Source: Corynebacterium glutamicum ATCC 13032 (GTDB lineage Bacteria; Actinomycetota; Actinomycetes; Mycobacteriales; Mycobacteriaceae). From it: a stretch of 32,000 bases of DNA. The notes beneath the pieces were generated by a model, which was not told the origin of the DNA, did no database searches, and saw nothing but the letters and a program-made list of their open reading frames with translations. A program made the translations under genes and the position numbers. Shown here in pieces: positions 1 to 8,153 of the stretch (the stretch's first letter is position 1; every line of letters starts with the position of its first letter). The stretch is from the NCBI RefSeq assembly GCF_000011325.1, contig NC_003450.3, positions 150,001-182,000 of the forward strand, read 5' to 3'.

Positions 1-930
1 CGCCGCACCTGCGCACACCGCAAGCAGCGCGAAAATAAACAAGAACGTGGCCGGAAGCTGCTTAGAAAACACCTTCAGCGCGGTCATATTCAAGGCACCG
101 CCACACATCCAACCGATCGCCATGAACGCGATAATCTTAAACACGGTTGGCGGTTGCAGGCTGAGATCATCTGGAATCACAAAACTCACCAGCACGGTCA
201 GGATCAGCGGCCCCATCACCGCAGGGGCAGGCAAGCGCAGCAACCTGCCGAGAGGTTCGCCGGCCAGCACAATACCGAAGAGCACCAGCAGCGATAAAAC
301 GCTTATCGACGTCCCGAACTCTCCCAAACTCAACACGTCCAACCATTTCTCAGGCGGCGATCCCAAATCCGCCCCGCCAGGGACGAAAAAGTGCGTCACC
401 AGCGGCAACGTCATGGACACAACCAACAACCTGAGGTACTGCGTCAGCGCCACATAGCGGAAATCAGCGCCCAACTCTCGGGCCAGAATCGGCATCACCG
501 ACGCGCCACCCGCCAGCATGGACAGCACACCAGTTTCCGGCAAAATCTCCGGCCTGGATCTTGCCAGCAACAAACCACCAACGATGCCTACCGCGATGGT
601 GAAAAAGGAAATCACAAGACCCGGGATGAGGAAACGAACAAGTTCCGAACCAGAAGAACTAATCAAAGGCAGCGCCGCCAGCATCGCCACGATTGAGCGA
701 CCAAAAACATGCACCCCCTTGGCCATCGGAAGATCTTGCCCTGTGGTCAGCGCACATACACCGGCAACAAGGATCGCCCCGAGGATCCATGCGGCTGGCA
801 CACCCCACATAGTAAAAAGCCACCCCACGGCTAGCGACAGCGGCGCTACGATGCACCAACGAAGTGCAATAACCTTGCGGGATGGCTTCTCTGGAATTTG
901 TTCGTGGGGGTCTGGTTCTTTATCGCTCAA
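1..930 (-). CDS. AbrB-duplication family membrane protein (putative transporter); partial, C-terminal end lies beyond the window
   Basis: Not in the ORF track because there is no stop inside the window. My manual translation of the minus strand from TTG (complement of 928-930) gives 310 codons with no stop. The product reads LSDKEPDPHEQIPEKPSRKVIALRW... and continues as a multi-pass hydrophobic protein containing LRLPAPAVMGPLILTVLV, which is typical of the AbrB-duplication family. AAGGAG lies 12 nt upstream of the TTG. The exact start is uncertain. Confidence 0.6.
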   Translation of the reverse strand, partial: MSDKEPDPHEQIPEKPSRKVIALRWCIVAPLSLAVGWLFTMWGVPAAWILGAILVAGVCALTTGQDLPMAKGVHVFGRSIVAMLAALPLISSSGSELVRFLIPGLVISFFTIAVGIVGGLLLARSRPEILPETGVLSMLAGGASVMPILARELGADFRYVALTQYLRLLVVSMTLPLVTHFFVPGGADLGSPPEKWLDVLSLGEFGTSISVLSLLVLFGIVLAGEPLGRLLRLPAPAVMGPLILTVLVSFVIPDDLSLQPPTVFKIIAFMAIGWMCGGALNMTALKVFSKQLPATFLFIFALLAVCAGAA

Positions 931-962
931 TTGGGCACCGGACTCCTTGATCCACGTTTATT

Positions 963-1454
963 TCATAATGTCGCTTTCACTTTAGCAGCGGAATCGGTCA
1001 ACACTTCATAGGAGTCAGGCGTGATCAGCACTGGTAAAACATCAGGATCGGTAGCATAAAAGCGAACCTCATTCTCACCAGGAACAACCACAAGCCTATT
1101 GACAGTGATGGGCTTAGTGATGCTGGTGGGCGCAATCATCGTGGTGATCAACGGCTGCTTGCTGGCTGTCACCGAGAGTTCACCGTCTTGAGCCTGGGTG
1201 ATTTCAAGTTTCGCGGCTTGTTCGTGAGCGCCGTCGAGAAGCTTCCAGGTCACCGGGAAAGTCGCAGCACAGCTGGCGACGACGTGCGCTTCGGTGGAGG
1301 GCTCATCGAAAAGCACGCAGGTAAGCTTTTGCTCGTCGCCCATGTCAATGGAATAGAGTCCGTTTCCAGCTGTCGCCGGGGTGGCAGCGATCGCGGGCGT
1401 GGCGGCGGTGAGCAGGACCAAAGCTGCGACCGCAGCGATTGTTTGATTACGCAT
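963..1454 (-). CDS. Small secreted protein of unknown function (Sec signal peptide)
   Basis: This is track ORF 963..1589 trimmed to the ATG at 1454, which has AAGGA 8 nt upstream. The N-terminus MRNQTIAAVAALVLLTAATPAIAATPA is a classical signal peptide with an AxA cleavage site. I recognise no catalytic motif. Confidence 0.6.
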   Translation of the reverse strand: MRNQTIAAVAALVLLTAATPAIAATPATAGNGLYSIDMGDEQKLTCVLFDEPSTEAHVVASCAATFPVTWKLLDGAHEQAAKLEITQAQDGELSVTASKQPLITTMIAPTSITKPITVNRLVVVPGENEVRFYATDPDVLPVLITPDSYEVLTDSAAKVKATL

Positions 1455-1589
1455 ATGAATCATCCTTAACCGTCCAGAAATACTGGTGATTCCCATGCTA
1501 ATCCGCGAAAATGGCACTTCAACAGCCATATACTTTAAACAACACAAATGATGCAAGACTGATACCGGGATGTGATAGGAGCGCACCAC

Positions 1590-2372
1590 ATGGGGTTGGA
1601 ATTAGCAGCTAGCGGGTGGGGCATCCTCATCGCAGGCGCCGCCGTAGCCGGATGGATCGACGCAGTAATCGGCGGTGGCGGACTCGTCCTCATCCCGCTG
1701 ATCCTCGCGGTCATGCCGCAACTCGCACCTGTGACAGCGCTGGCCTCCAACAAACTGGCAGCCGTCACCGGCACGGCATCGGCGGCATTCACCCTGGTCA
1801 GGCGCGTCAAACCCGACAAAAAACTGCTTGCGCTCTACGTTCTGGTGGCAGCTGTGTGCTCCGGTGCAGGCGCCCTGGCTGCGAGTCTCATTGACAAACA
1901 AATCATGCGACCGCTGATCATCGTGTTGATGCTGGTCGTTGGCCTGATCGTGGTGTTCAAACCAAACTTCGGAACCGGCGAAAGCAAAGCCCTGCCCACC
2001 GGATGGAAACGCTGGGCCGCCATCGTTGCAGTCGGACTCATCGCAGCCTACGACGGCATCTTCGGACCCGGAACCGGCATGTTCCTCATCATGGCGTTCA
2101 CCGCACTGCTCTCCCAAAATTTCCTGTCCTCCGCAGCCATGGCGAAGGTCGTAAACACCGCAACAAACCTGGGTGCGCTAATTGTATTCATCATCGGCGG
2201 CCACATGTGGTGGACCCTAGGACTCGTGCTGGCAGTCGCCAATGTCGCAGGCGCACAACTCGGTGCCCGAACGGTGCTTGGTGGCGGTACCAGGCTAATT
2301 AGATACGCACTACTAACCCTGGTTGTCGTCATGAGCGTCTACCTCACCTGGCAACAAATCCAAGGAATGTAG
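1590..2372 (+). CDS. TauE/SafE (TSUP, DUF81) family anion exporter/permease
   Basis: This is track ORF 1572..2372 trimmed to the ATG at 1590, which has AGGAG at 1577-1581 with an 8-nt spacer. It is a multi-pass membrane protein. It carries WIDAVIGGGGLVLIPLIL and the repeated glycine-rich half typical of the TSUP family. Confidence 0.8.
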   Translation: MGLELAASGWGILIAGAAVAGWIDAVIGGGGLVLIPLILAVMPQLAPVTALASNKLAAVTGTASAAFTLVRRVKPDKKLLALYVLVAAVCSGAGALAASLIDKQIMRPLIIVLMLVVGLIVVFKPNFGTGESKALPTGWKRWAAIVAVGLIAAYDGIFGPGTGMFLIMAFTALLSQNFLSSAAMAKVVNTATNLGALIVFIIGGHMWWTLGLVLAVANVAGAQLGARTVLGGGTRLIRYALLTLVVVMSVYLTWQQIQGM

Positions 2373-2439
2373 ATAAGTCGGGGCAAACTCTAAGAAATCA
2401 TCCTGGTTTGTGGCAGGGAACATTCCTAGGATGGGAGGC

Positions 2440-2817
2440 ATGGCAAAGACAAAACTAGAAAGCATCTCCGAGCGCAACTCGGATGATCCGCTTAGTTACC
2501 CCGACCTGACTCTTGCACCAATATCCACAACAGTCACAGTCGTGGTCGCCGAAGACACCCCAAACGATAACTTCTCAGAACTTCTCCTCGGCGCAGCAGA
2601 ATCAACCCGTCTTTTAGGACTCGACGAGCTCCACATCATCGCTCCATCAGTCCACCTACCCGCTCTCGCAGTAGCAGCCGCCGACATCGCACACCATCTG
2701 CCAGAGAAATTCCAATTCTGTGAAGCCGAAACCTGCACTCATCTCCACCCCGACGATGACACCTATCTCACGGCTGAATCCGTTGCTCAATTGGGTACGA
2801 AGCTGAAGTCTGCGTAG
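2440..2817 (+). CDS. Hypothetical acidic cytoplasmic protein
   Basis: This is track ORF 2410..2817. The start at ATG 2440 (MAKTKLE) is preferred because GGGAGG lies directly upstream. I recognise no family. Confidence 0.45.
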   Translation: MAKTKLESISERNSDDPLSYPDLTLAPISTTVTVVVAEDTPNDNFSELLLGAAESTRLLGLDELHIIAPSVHLPALAVAAADIAHHLPEKFQFCEAETCTHLHPDDDTYLTAESVAQLGTKLKSA

Positions 2818-3125
2818 TTGTTAGGAGCCACCACAGACCCGTAGATTCTTGGGCGGTGTGGTGAATCCTTGCCCTGGAACCTTGCGGGAGACTCTCAGAA
2901 ATGAGTCATTGGGGCTTGGGGTGTGGTGAAACGCAAACATCCGTCCCCGGACCGCGGTAAAAGGCCGATTTTGATCGAAAATTCCTGCTAATCCGACATT
3001 GAAATACAAATACTCGTTCGCTTTTAAGTTTTCTCGGTGATCCGTAACGAGAAGTTGAACAGCAAACCCGCAGCAACTGTTCAGAAATCACAACAGTCCC
3101 AATGACCTCAAAATCGGCCCCTTCT

Positions 3126-3150
3126 AGAATCGCCTCTCAGGGCCTTTGAG
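3126..3150 (+). repeat. Copy A of a 25-nt dispersed intergenic motif
   Basis: AGAATCGCCTCTCAGGGCCTTTGAG matches 17632-17656 at 22 of 25 positions. In both copies GACCTCA precedes the motif: at 3104-3110 (15 nt upstream) here and at 17624-17630 (1 nt upstream) in copy B. Confidence 0.6.
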
Positions 3151-3222
3151 CGCTAAATTGGGGCAACAGGTCACTGCGTACAAAGAGGGCCTTAAATCGG
3201 CTCACATCAAGTCGTGCCAAAA

Positions 3223-5613
3223 CTACATGCGATTCTTGGTGCGCGCAGTGGCAGGAGCGGTCCATGGATCCTCCGGCCACGGGTGTTTGGGGTACCGGCC
3301 CCGCATTTCTGCACGGACTTGGCTGTACGGGCCAGACCAGAAACTACGCAGGTCATCGGTAACTGCAAGAGGTCTTCCCGCAGGTGACAGGAGATGAAAT
3401 TGCACCGGGATTCCGCAGAGCTGCGGGGATTCTTCTAATCCGAAGCATTCTTGTAATTTCACTCGTATAACTGGCCTGCCTGATGAATAATCTAGTCGGT
3501 GCTGATTCCCGCTGGGTACGGATAGGTGGGAAGGAGCGAATTCTTCAAAGTTGGTTGCTTCAGGCCAGGGGAGAAGTCGCTGGAGTGCGGGATACATATC
3601 GATATTGTTTAGTCGTGTTCCGTGGCTGAGCGCCTCAATTTCTGGAGATAACCACAGGTGCGGGTCCGCAGTTTCAATATCTGGCCAGGGTTCGCCACGG
3701 TGTTCGTGGATGAATTTCAGTCGGTCACGCAAGGATGCCGCTTTGTCGGAGAAGTGGAATAGGTCGATTCCGCCTTTGGCAAGGGCTGTGGCGATTGTTT
3801 CCGAGGCTTCGGCGGGTGTTGGTTTTGTCGGAGTGGAACTTAATTCGATCGCGCCTGCTGCTTTGACCTTCCGGGCTTGGACTTTTCCGTTGACAAAAAT
3901 CGCGCGGGTTTCTTCCACGACTCCGATGATGTCTATGGCATCGTCCTCTGAAATGCGGGCGGCGGCGCGGATGATGGCAGAATTTTGTGAGCGGTTAATT
4001 GCAGCAACGGAGATCCATTCGGCATCTTTGAGATCTGAATCCATGAGGCGTGCGCGGGTTCCACTGGCTAAAAGGTATTCTCCATTGTCTATTTTTCGGC
4101 CGATGAGCTGCGGGAATGCAGCGCCTACGATTTGCCCCGCACTCGCTTTTCCAACCGACGCAGGTGCCAAACGGCGAAGGCGTTCCACTTCACGCTTGTC
4201 GGGTTGTTGCTTTTCGACGTCCCCCTGCGGGTTTTCGGACACCACCGCCAAGATTTTTGCGGATTGTTCACCGAAGCGGAGGAGAGAAGCGCTGAGTTGA
4301 GGGCAGAGGGGAAGCGTCGATAAGCGATGTCCCAGGCTCGTGATAGCGTCACCTTCAAGCGCGCCGATGAGGCGCAGGATCTGTTGTGCAGCCGTCCAGG
4401 CTGCGTGAGGGGGTTGATCAAGAAGCGGTAAATCCGCAGGTGACGTTCCCCATTGGGCGAGCCAGAGGGCTGCTTGGGTGAGGTCAGCGGAGCTGATTTC
4501 TGGTGTCACAAATCGTGGGAAGTGGGAGAAGTCTTCTTCGGAATAGCATCTGATTATTTGTCCTGGTCCTTCACGGCCAGCGCGACCTGCGCGTTGGCCT
4601 GCTGAAGCCTGCGCGCAACTGCTGGTGATCAGTCCTGTCATGCCGCGGGCAGAGTCTCGTTTGGGGCTTCGTGAGAGGCCGGAATCCACCACGATGCGAA
4701 CTCCAGGCACAGTTAGGGAGCTTTCCGCAACGGGAGTGGAGACAATGATGCGCTGCTGTTGTGACGGTGCGAGGGCGCGGTCTTGTTCGGTCGGGCTGAG
4801 TTGGCCATGAAGTGGGAAAACATTATTATGGCCGAGCGATTTGAGCGTGCTCATTACTCGATCAATTTCACGCACACCTGGGACGAAAATGAGTGCAGAG
4901 TGCTCTGAATGTGTCACCGCATCGTGAGTTTTCTGCGCCATGTGGTCGAGGAAATCCCAGTCGACACCTTTTGCATTGAGGCGAGGCGCGCGGGCTGGAG
5001 CATAAGAAATGTCTAAGGGGAAAATCGGTGCTTCAACACTAAGGACCTGAGCGTCTAATAAGTTTGCGAATTTATCTGAATCTAAGGTTGCGGACATGGC
5101 GATGAGGGAGAAATCGTCGCGCAGTTGACTGAGTTCAGCAAGCATTCCTAGCAGTAGATCGGAATCGAGTTGACGTTCGTGGACTTCATCGATAATCACA
5201 GCGCCGATGCCGGGTAATTCTGGGTTGTTTAAGAGCTGGCGGATTAACACACCGGGGGTCATAAATTGCACGTGGGAGCCTGAAATATGTTCACCACGCA
5301 CGCTGAATCCCACTTTTGTTCCGAGCTGGCTATCATCTAGTTGGGCGAGTCTGCGAGCTGCTGCTCGGACGGCCACACGACGAGGTGCCGTTACTAAAAC
5401 CTTGGTTGGGGTGGCATTTCCCGCTCCTTCATTACATAAGATGTTAGCTACTAATGGGGGGAGAAGTGTCGTTTTTCCTGTGCCGGGAGGGGCCTGAATG
5501 ACAAGGTTTTTAGGTCCGGCCGAAAAAGCTTCTTGCAGGTGAGGGATAATATTTTCTACGGGCAGGCCCGTGGAAATGCGATTTATAAGAAAATTGCCAA
5601 TTCTTGAACTCAT
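3223..5613 (-). CDS. hrpB: ATP-dependent RNA helicase HrpB (DEAH/RHA family)
   Basis: This is track ORF 3223..5754 trimmed to MSSRIGNFL at 5613. It has the Walker A motif APPGTGKTT and the DEVH box IIDEVHERQLDSDL. It also has the helicase C-terminal motifs TPVAESSLTVPGV and QRAGRAGR, plus the long HrpB-type C-terminal domain. Confidence 0.85.
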   Translation of the reverse strand: MSSRIGNFLINRISTGLPVENIIPHLQEAFSAGPKNLVIQAPPGTGKTTLLPPLVANILCNEGAGNATPTKVLVTAPRRVAVRAAARRLAQLDDSQLGTKVGFSVRGEHISGSHVQFMTPGVLIRQLLNNPELPGIGAVIIDEVHERQLDSDLLLGMLAELSQLRDDFSLIAMSATLDSDKFANLLDAQVLSVEAPIFPLDISYAPARAPRLNAKGVDWDFLDHMAQKTHDAVTHSEHSALIFVPGVREIDRVMSTLKSLGHNNVFPLHGQLSPTEQDRALAPSQQQRIIVSTPVAESSLTVPGVRIVVDSGLSRSPKRDSARGMTGLITSSCAQASAGQRAGRAGREGPGQIIRCYSEEDFSHFPRFVTPEISSADLTQAALWLAQWGTSPADLPLLDQPPHAAWTAAQQILRLIGALEGDAITSLGHRLSTLPLCPQLSASLLRFGEQSAKILAVVSENPQGDVEKQQPDKREVERLRRLAPASVGKASAGQIVGAAFPQLIGRKIDNGEYLLASGTRARLMDSDLKDAEWISVAAINRSQNSAIIRAAARISEDDAIDIIGVVEETRAIFVNGKVQARKVKAAGAIELSSTPTKPTPAEASETIATALAKGGIDLFHFSDKAASLRDRLKFIHEHRGEPWPDIETADPHLWLSPEIEALSHGTRLNNIDMYPALQRLLPWPEATNFEEFAPSHLSVPSGNQHRLDYSSGRPVIRVKLQECFGLEESPQLCGIPVQFHLLSPAGRPLAVTDDLRSFWSGPYSQVRAEMRGRYPKHPWPEDPWTAPATARTKNRM

Positions 5614-5852
5614 CAATTGCCTGTACATTAAGAATTTGCTGAGTGAACACATCTTTTTCCTAACTTCTACAGAGAAACCTAAGGCGATGATGTGTTTTCT
5701 AGCGGGTTGTGGAAAGTAAATTTTTCCTTCGTGGCGAAGCGGATATCCCCACAAAGAGATGTCATTTTCTAACGTAAGGGCACTGTCCTTTCAAGAGTTG
5801 CGCCAGGGGTTGTGCTCTTATATCTAACCGTATCGACAAGATTCATTATGGA

Positions 5853-6170
5853 ATGGAAAGTAGGAAAGTCATTGTGGGCTGTGCTGAGAAACAAGACTTC
5901 ACCAAACTTTTATCAAAACAAAAGACCAGGTGGACTCCCACAGCACTGATTTCTCTCGGTTGTATCGTTGTCGCTATTTTAGCTTTAGTAGTTTTCCATG
6001 GTTCTTCCAGGTCGTGCATCTTTCACCAAGTAATTTGCCCTTTGATTCTGGGAATTTCTGGAGCAATTGCAGGAATCGTCGCAAAGAAACCACTGCTGAC
6101 TGGCATTAATCTCGGCTTCGCATTCTTCTTAGTGCCTGCGTATTTAATATTTTTCGGCAATATTTTCTGA
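5853..6170 (+). CDS. Small hypothetical membrane protein (about 3 TM helices)
   Basis: A 105-aa ORF with three clear hydrophobic segments, sitting in a visibly AT-richer patch. It overlaps the 3' end of the convergent acetyltransferase gene by 27 nt. There is no obvious SD and I recognise no homology. Confidence 0.4.
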   Translation: MESRKVIVGCAEKQDFTKLLSKQKTRWTPTALISLGCIVVAILALVVFHGSSRSCIFHQVICPLILGISGAIAGIVAKKPLLTGINLGFAFFLVPAYLIFFGNIF

Positions 6171-6830
6171 CAGCCTAGGTGATTTTGTAGGAAGAATCCC
6201 CAACGCATCCACGGAAGCACCTTCTGGCAGCTGCGAACGTTCGAGCCGGCTATCATCACGTTTCCGCACTACTCGCGCAGGGTTGCCCACAGCAATAGAA
6301 TCATCCGGAATATCCTTGGTCACCACGGCCCCCGCGCCAATCACACACCTATCGCCAATGCTCACGCCACCAACGACGGTGACATTTCCACCCAGCCACG
6401 TATCCTCGCCAATGGAAATGGGTGCGCCATTTTCCCACCCACCGGAGCGCATTTCCCAGTCATCGACCGGGTGACCTGCGGTGAAGAGCTGACAGTTTGG
6501 CCCGAGCATGCTGCGTGCCCCGATGCGAACCGGTGCGATATCTAAAATGGTGAGGCCAAAGTTGATGAACACATGCTCGCCGATCGTGGTGTTGAAGCCG
6601 TATTCAATGATGGCTGGCGCTTTGATCGTGCAGGTTCCGCTGGCAGGATTTAGTACAGTTCTTAGTATTTCGGCAGTTCGTGCGGGGTCTGTAGGTCCAA
6701 TTTGGTTGTATTCGTGGAAAAGTAACGCTGTTTTTTGTGCCACTTCTTCACGTTCCGCGCCGGTAGCCACGTACCAATCGCCGCTGCTCATTTTCTCGAT
6801 AGATTCAAAGTCATTGTCCATATCCTCCAT
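6144..6830 (-). CDS. maa: Maltose/galactoside O-acetyltransferase family (left-handed beta-helix, Maa/LacA-like)
   Basis: It has hexapeptide repeats, for example IGEDTWLGGNVTVVGGVSIGDRCVIGAGAVVTKDIPDDSIAVGNPARVV. It also has the N-terminal Maa-type helix region EKMSSGDWYVATGAE. The start may be 6830 or 6821. Confidence 0.85.
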   Translation of the reverse strand: MEDMDNDFESIEKMSSGDWYVATGAEREEVAQKTALLFHEYNQIGPTDPARTAEILRTVLNPASGTCTIKAPAIIEYGFNTTIGEHVFINFGLTILDIAPVRIGARSMLGPNCQLFTAGHPVDDWEMRSGGWENGAPISIGEDTWLGGNVTVVGGVSIGDRCVIGAGAVVTKDIPDDSIAVGNPARVVRKRDDSRLERSQLPEGASVDALGILPTKSPRLSENIAEKY

Positions 6831-6847
6831 TGTGCAGGAGAACTTTA

Positions 6848-7540
6848 GTGCCTACGCTTTTCGACGATCCCCTCCACCAACTTCCCAGACCACCGCGCAG
6901 GGTTGCAGCTGGCGTGGTGCACCTGCCCAACTTCCTCGGCTTGGCCGAGCAAAAGGCACTGGTCGCCCAGGCTCGAGACCTTGCGCGTGAAGTTGTGGGC
7001 ACACCGTTGGCGATGGTCCGACCCAAGCTGAAAAGTGGTCAGATGAGTGTCCATATGTTGCATTTAGGAAAGTACTGGGCATCCAATCCTTATCGCTATG
7101 TGGATGTCGTTGATGGTTTTCCAGTGCCACCACTGCCGGATTCTTTCGTGGACTTGGCACACCGAGCATTGCTGTCTGCAGGATCTTTAAGCAATTCACT
7201 TCAGTCTTGGTCGGAGGCATATCGAGCAGAAGCGGCATTGGTGAATTACTACTCGCCAGATGCTTCAATGGGCATGCACCAAGACGCTAATGAAGAATCG
7301 GAAGCCCCTGTGATCTCCCTATCGATCGGTGATACCGGAATCTTTCGACTGGGCGGCACTCTAAACCGCAATAAACCGTGGACAGATATCCCACTAATGA
7401 GTGGTGATCTCATCGTTTTCGGAGGTGCAAACAGGCAAGCATTTCATGGCATTCCCTCTATTGAGGCCAATACTGCACCTGCAGGATGCGGGTTGAAAGA
7501 AGGGCGAATCAACATCACGATCCGCCAACTTGCACTATAA
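6848..7540 (+). CDS. alkB: Alpha-ketoglutarate/Fe(II)-dependent dioxygenase AlkB (oxidative DNA/RNA dealkylation)
   Basis: This is track ORF 6830..7540 trimmed to GTG 6848, which has GCAGGAGA 6 nt upstream. The 2OG-Fe(II) core is present: LVNYYSPDASMGMHQDANE (HxD), ISLSIGDTGIFRLGG, and RQAFHGIP (distal His). Confidence 0.8.
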   Translation: MPTLFDDPLHQLPRPPRRVAAGVVHLPNFLGLAEQKALVAQARDLAREVVGTPLAMVRPKLKSGQMSVHMLHLGKYWASNPYRYVDVVDGFPVPPLPDSFVDLAHRALLSAGSLSNSLQSWSEAYRAEAALVNYYSPDASMGMHQDANEESEAPVISLSIGDTGIFRLGGTLNRNKPWTDIPLMSGDLIVFGGANRQAFHGIPSIEANTAPAGCGLKEGRINITIRQLAL

Positions 7541-7583
7541 AACTCCAGGTAGAGGTATGTCTCGGGGGTGAAATAGCCCCGCA

Positions 7584-8141
7584 ATGTCCCATGCTCAAAT
7601 TATGGTTCGCGCCATGACAACAAACAAAGCTAATCCAAATGAACTTGTAATCTGCGCTGATGAAAAGTCACGGCCCCGCTGGGCATCTAGAAGTGAGCTG
7701 TGTTGGGAGTATTTCGACAATGAGTGGGGCAGACCTCCGGTGGATCTCAATGCTCTTTTTGAGATCTTGACGTTGGTAGTTTTCCAAGTGGGTGTCACCT
7801 GGCATGCTGTGCTGTCCAAACGGGAAGGGTTCCGTCAAGCATTCGCCCAATTCGATGTTGCAAAAGTAGCCGCCTTCAATGAGGACGACGTGGAACGCCT
7901 ACTTGATGATCTACAGATTTTTAGAAACCGAAGAAAAATCAACGCTGCCATCACCAATGCCAAAGCGTTGCTGGAGTTAAACGATGAAACAGGCACCTTT
8001 GACTCAATTATTGCCGACCACTCAACTGACGCCACAGCCATGGTGAAGCATCTCAAAGCCTTGGGCTTTACCCATATCGGACTGACCTCCTTGAGCATCC
8101 TCCAGCAGGCCATTGGGGTCACAGAGCTGAAGGCTGCCTAA
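7584..8141 (+). CDS. tag: DNA-3-methyladenine glycosylase I (Tag)
   Basis: It contains YFDNEWGRP, FEILTLVVFQVGVTW and IFRNRRKINAAITNAKA, which are characteristic of the Tag family. The start could also be 7602 or 7614. Confidence 0.85.
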   Translation: MSHAQIMVRAMTTNKANPNELVICADEKSRPRWASRSELCWEYFDNEWGRPPVDLNALFEILTLVVFQVGVTWHAVLSKREGFRQAFAQFDVAKVAAFNEDDVERLLDDLQIFRNRRKINAAITNAKALLELNDETGTFDSIIADHSTDATAMVKHLKALGFTHIGLTSLSILQQAIGVTELKAA

Positions 8142-8153
8142 GATATAACTCCG

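Noticed and set aside
47-985. Three overlapping plus-strand track ORFs (47..457, 391..696, 518..985)
   Set aside because: Their compositions are Arg/Pro/Ser/Thr-rich and low in complexity, typical of wrong-frame or antisense reading of high-GC DNA. The minus strand gives an uninterrupted 310-codon membrane protein with clear AbrB-duplication-family features.
2821-3091. Two ~60-aa minus-strand ORFs in the 405-nt gap after the acidic hypothetical gene
   Set aside because: They have no SD and odd composition, and they overlap each other in different frames. I treat the region as non-coding and repeat-bearing instead.
3551-4300. 249-aa plus-strand ORF inside hrpB
   Set aside because: It is antisense to the helicase gene. 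The product is Ser/Ala/Arg-rich with no motifs. The helicase frame is supported by Walker A, the DEVH box and QRAGRAGR.
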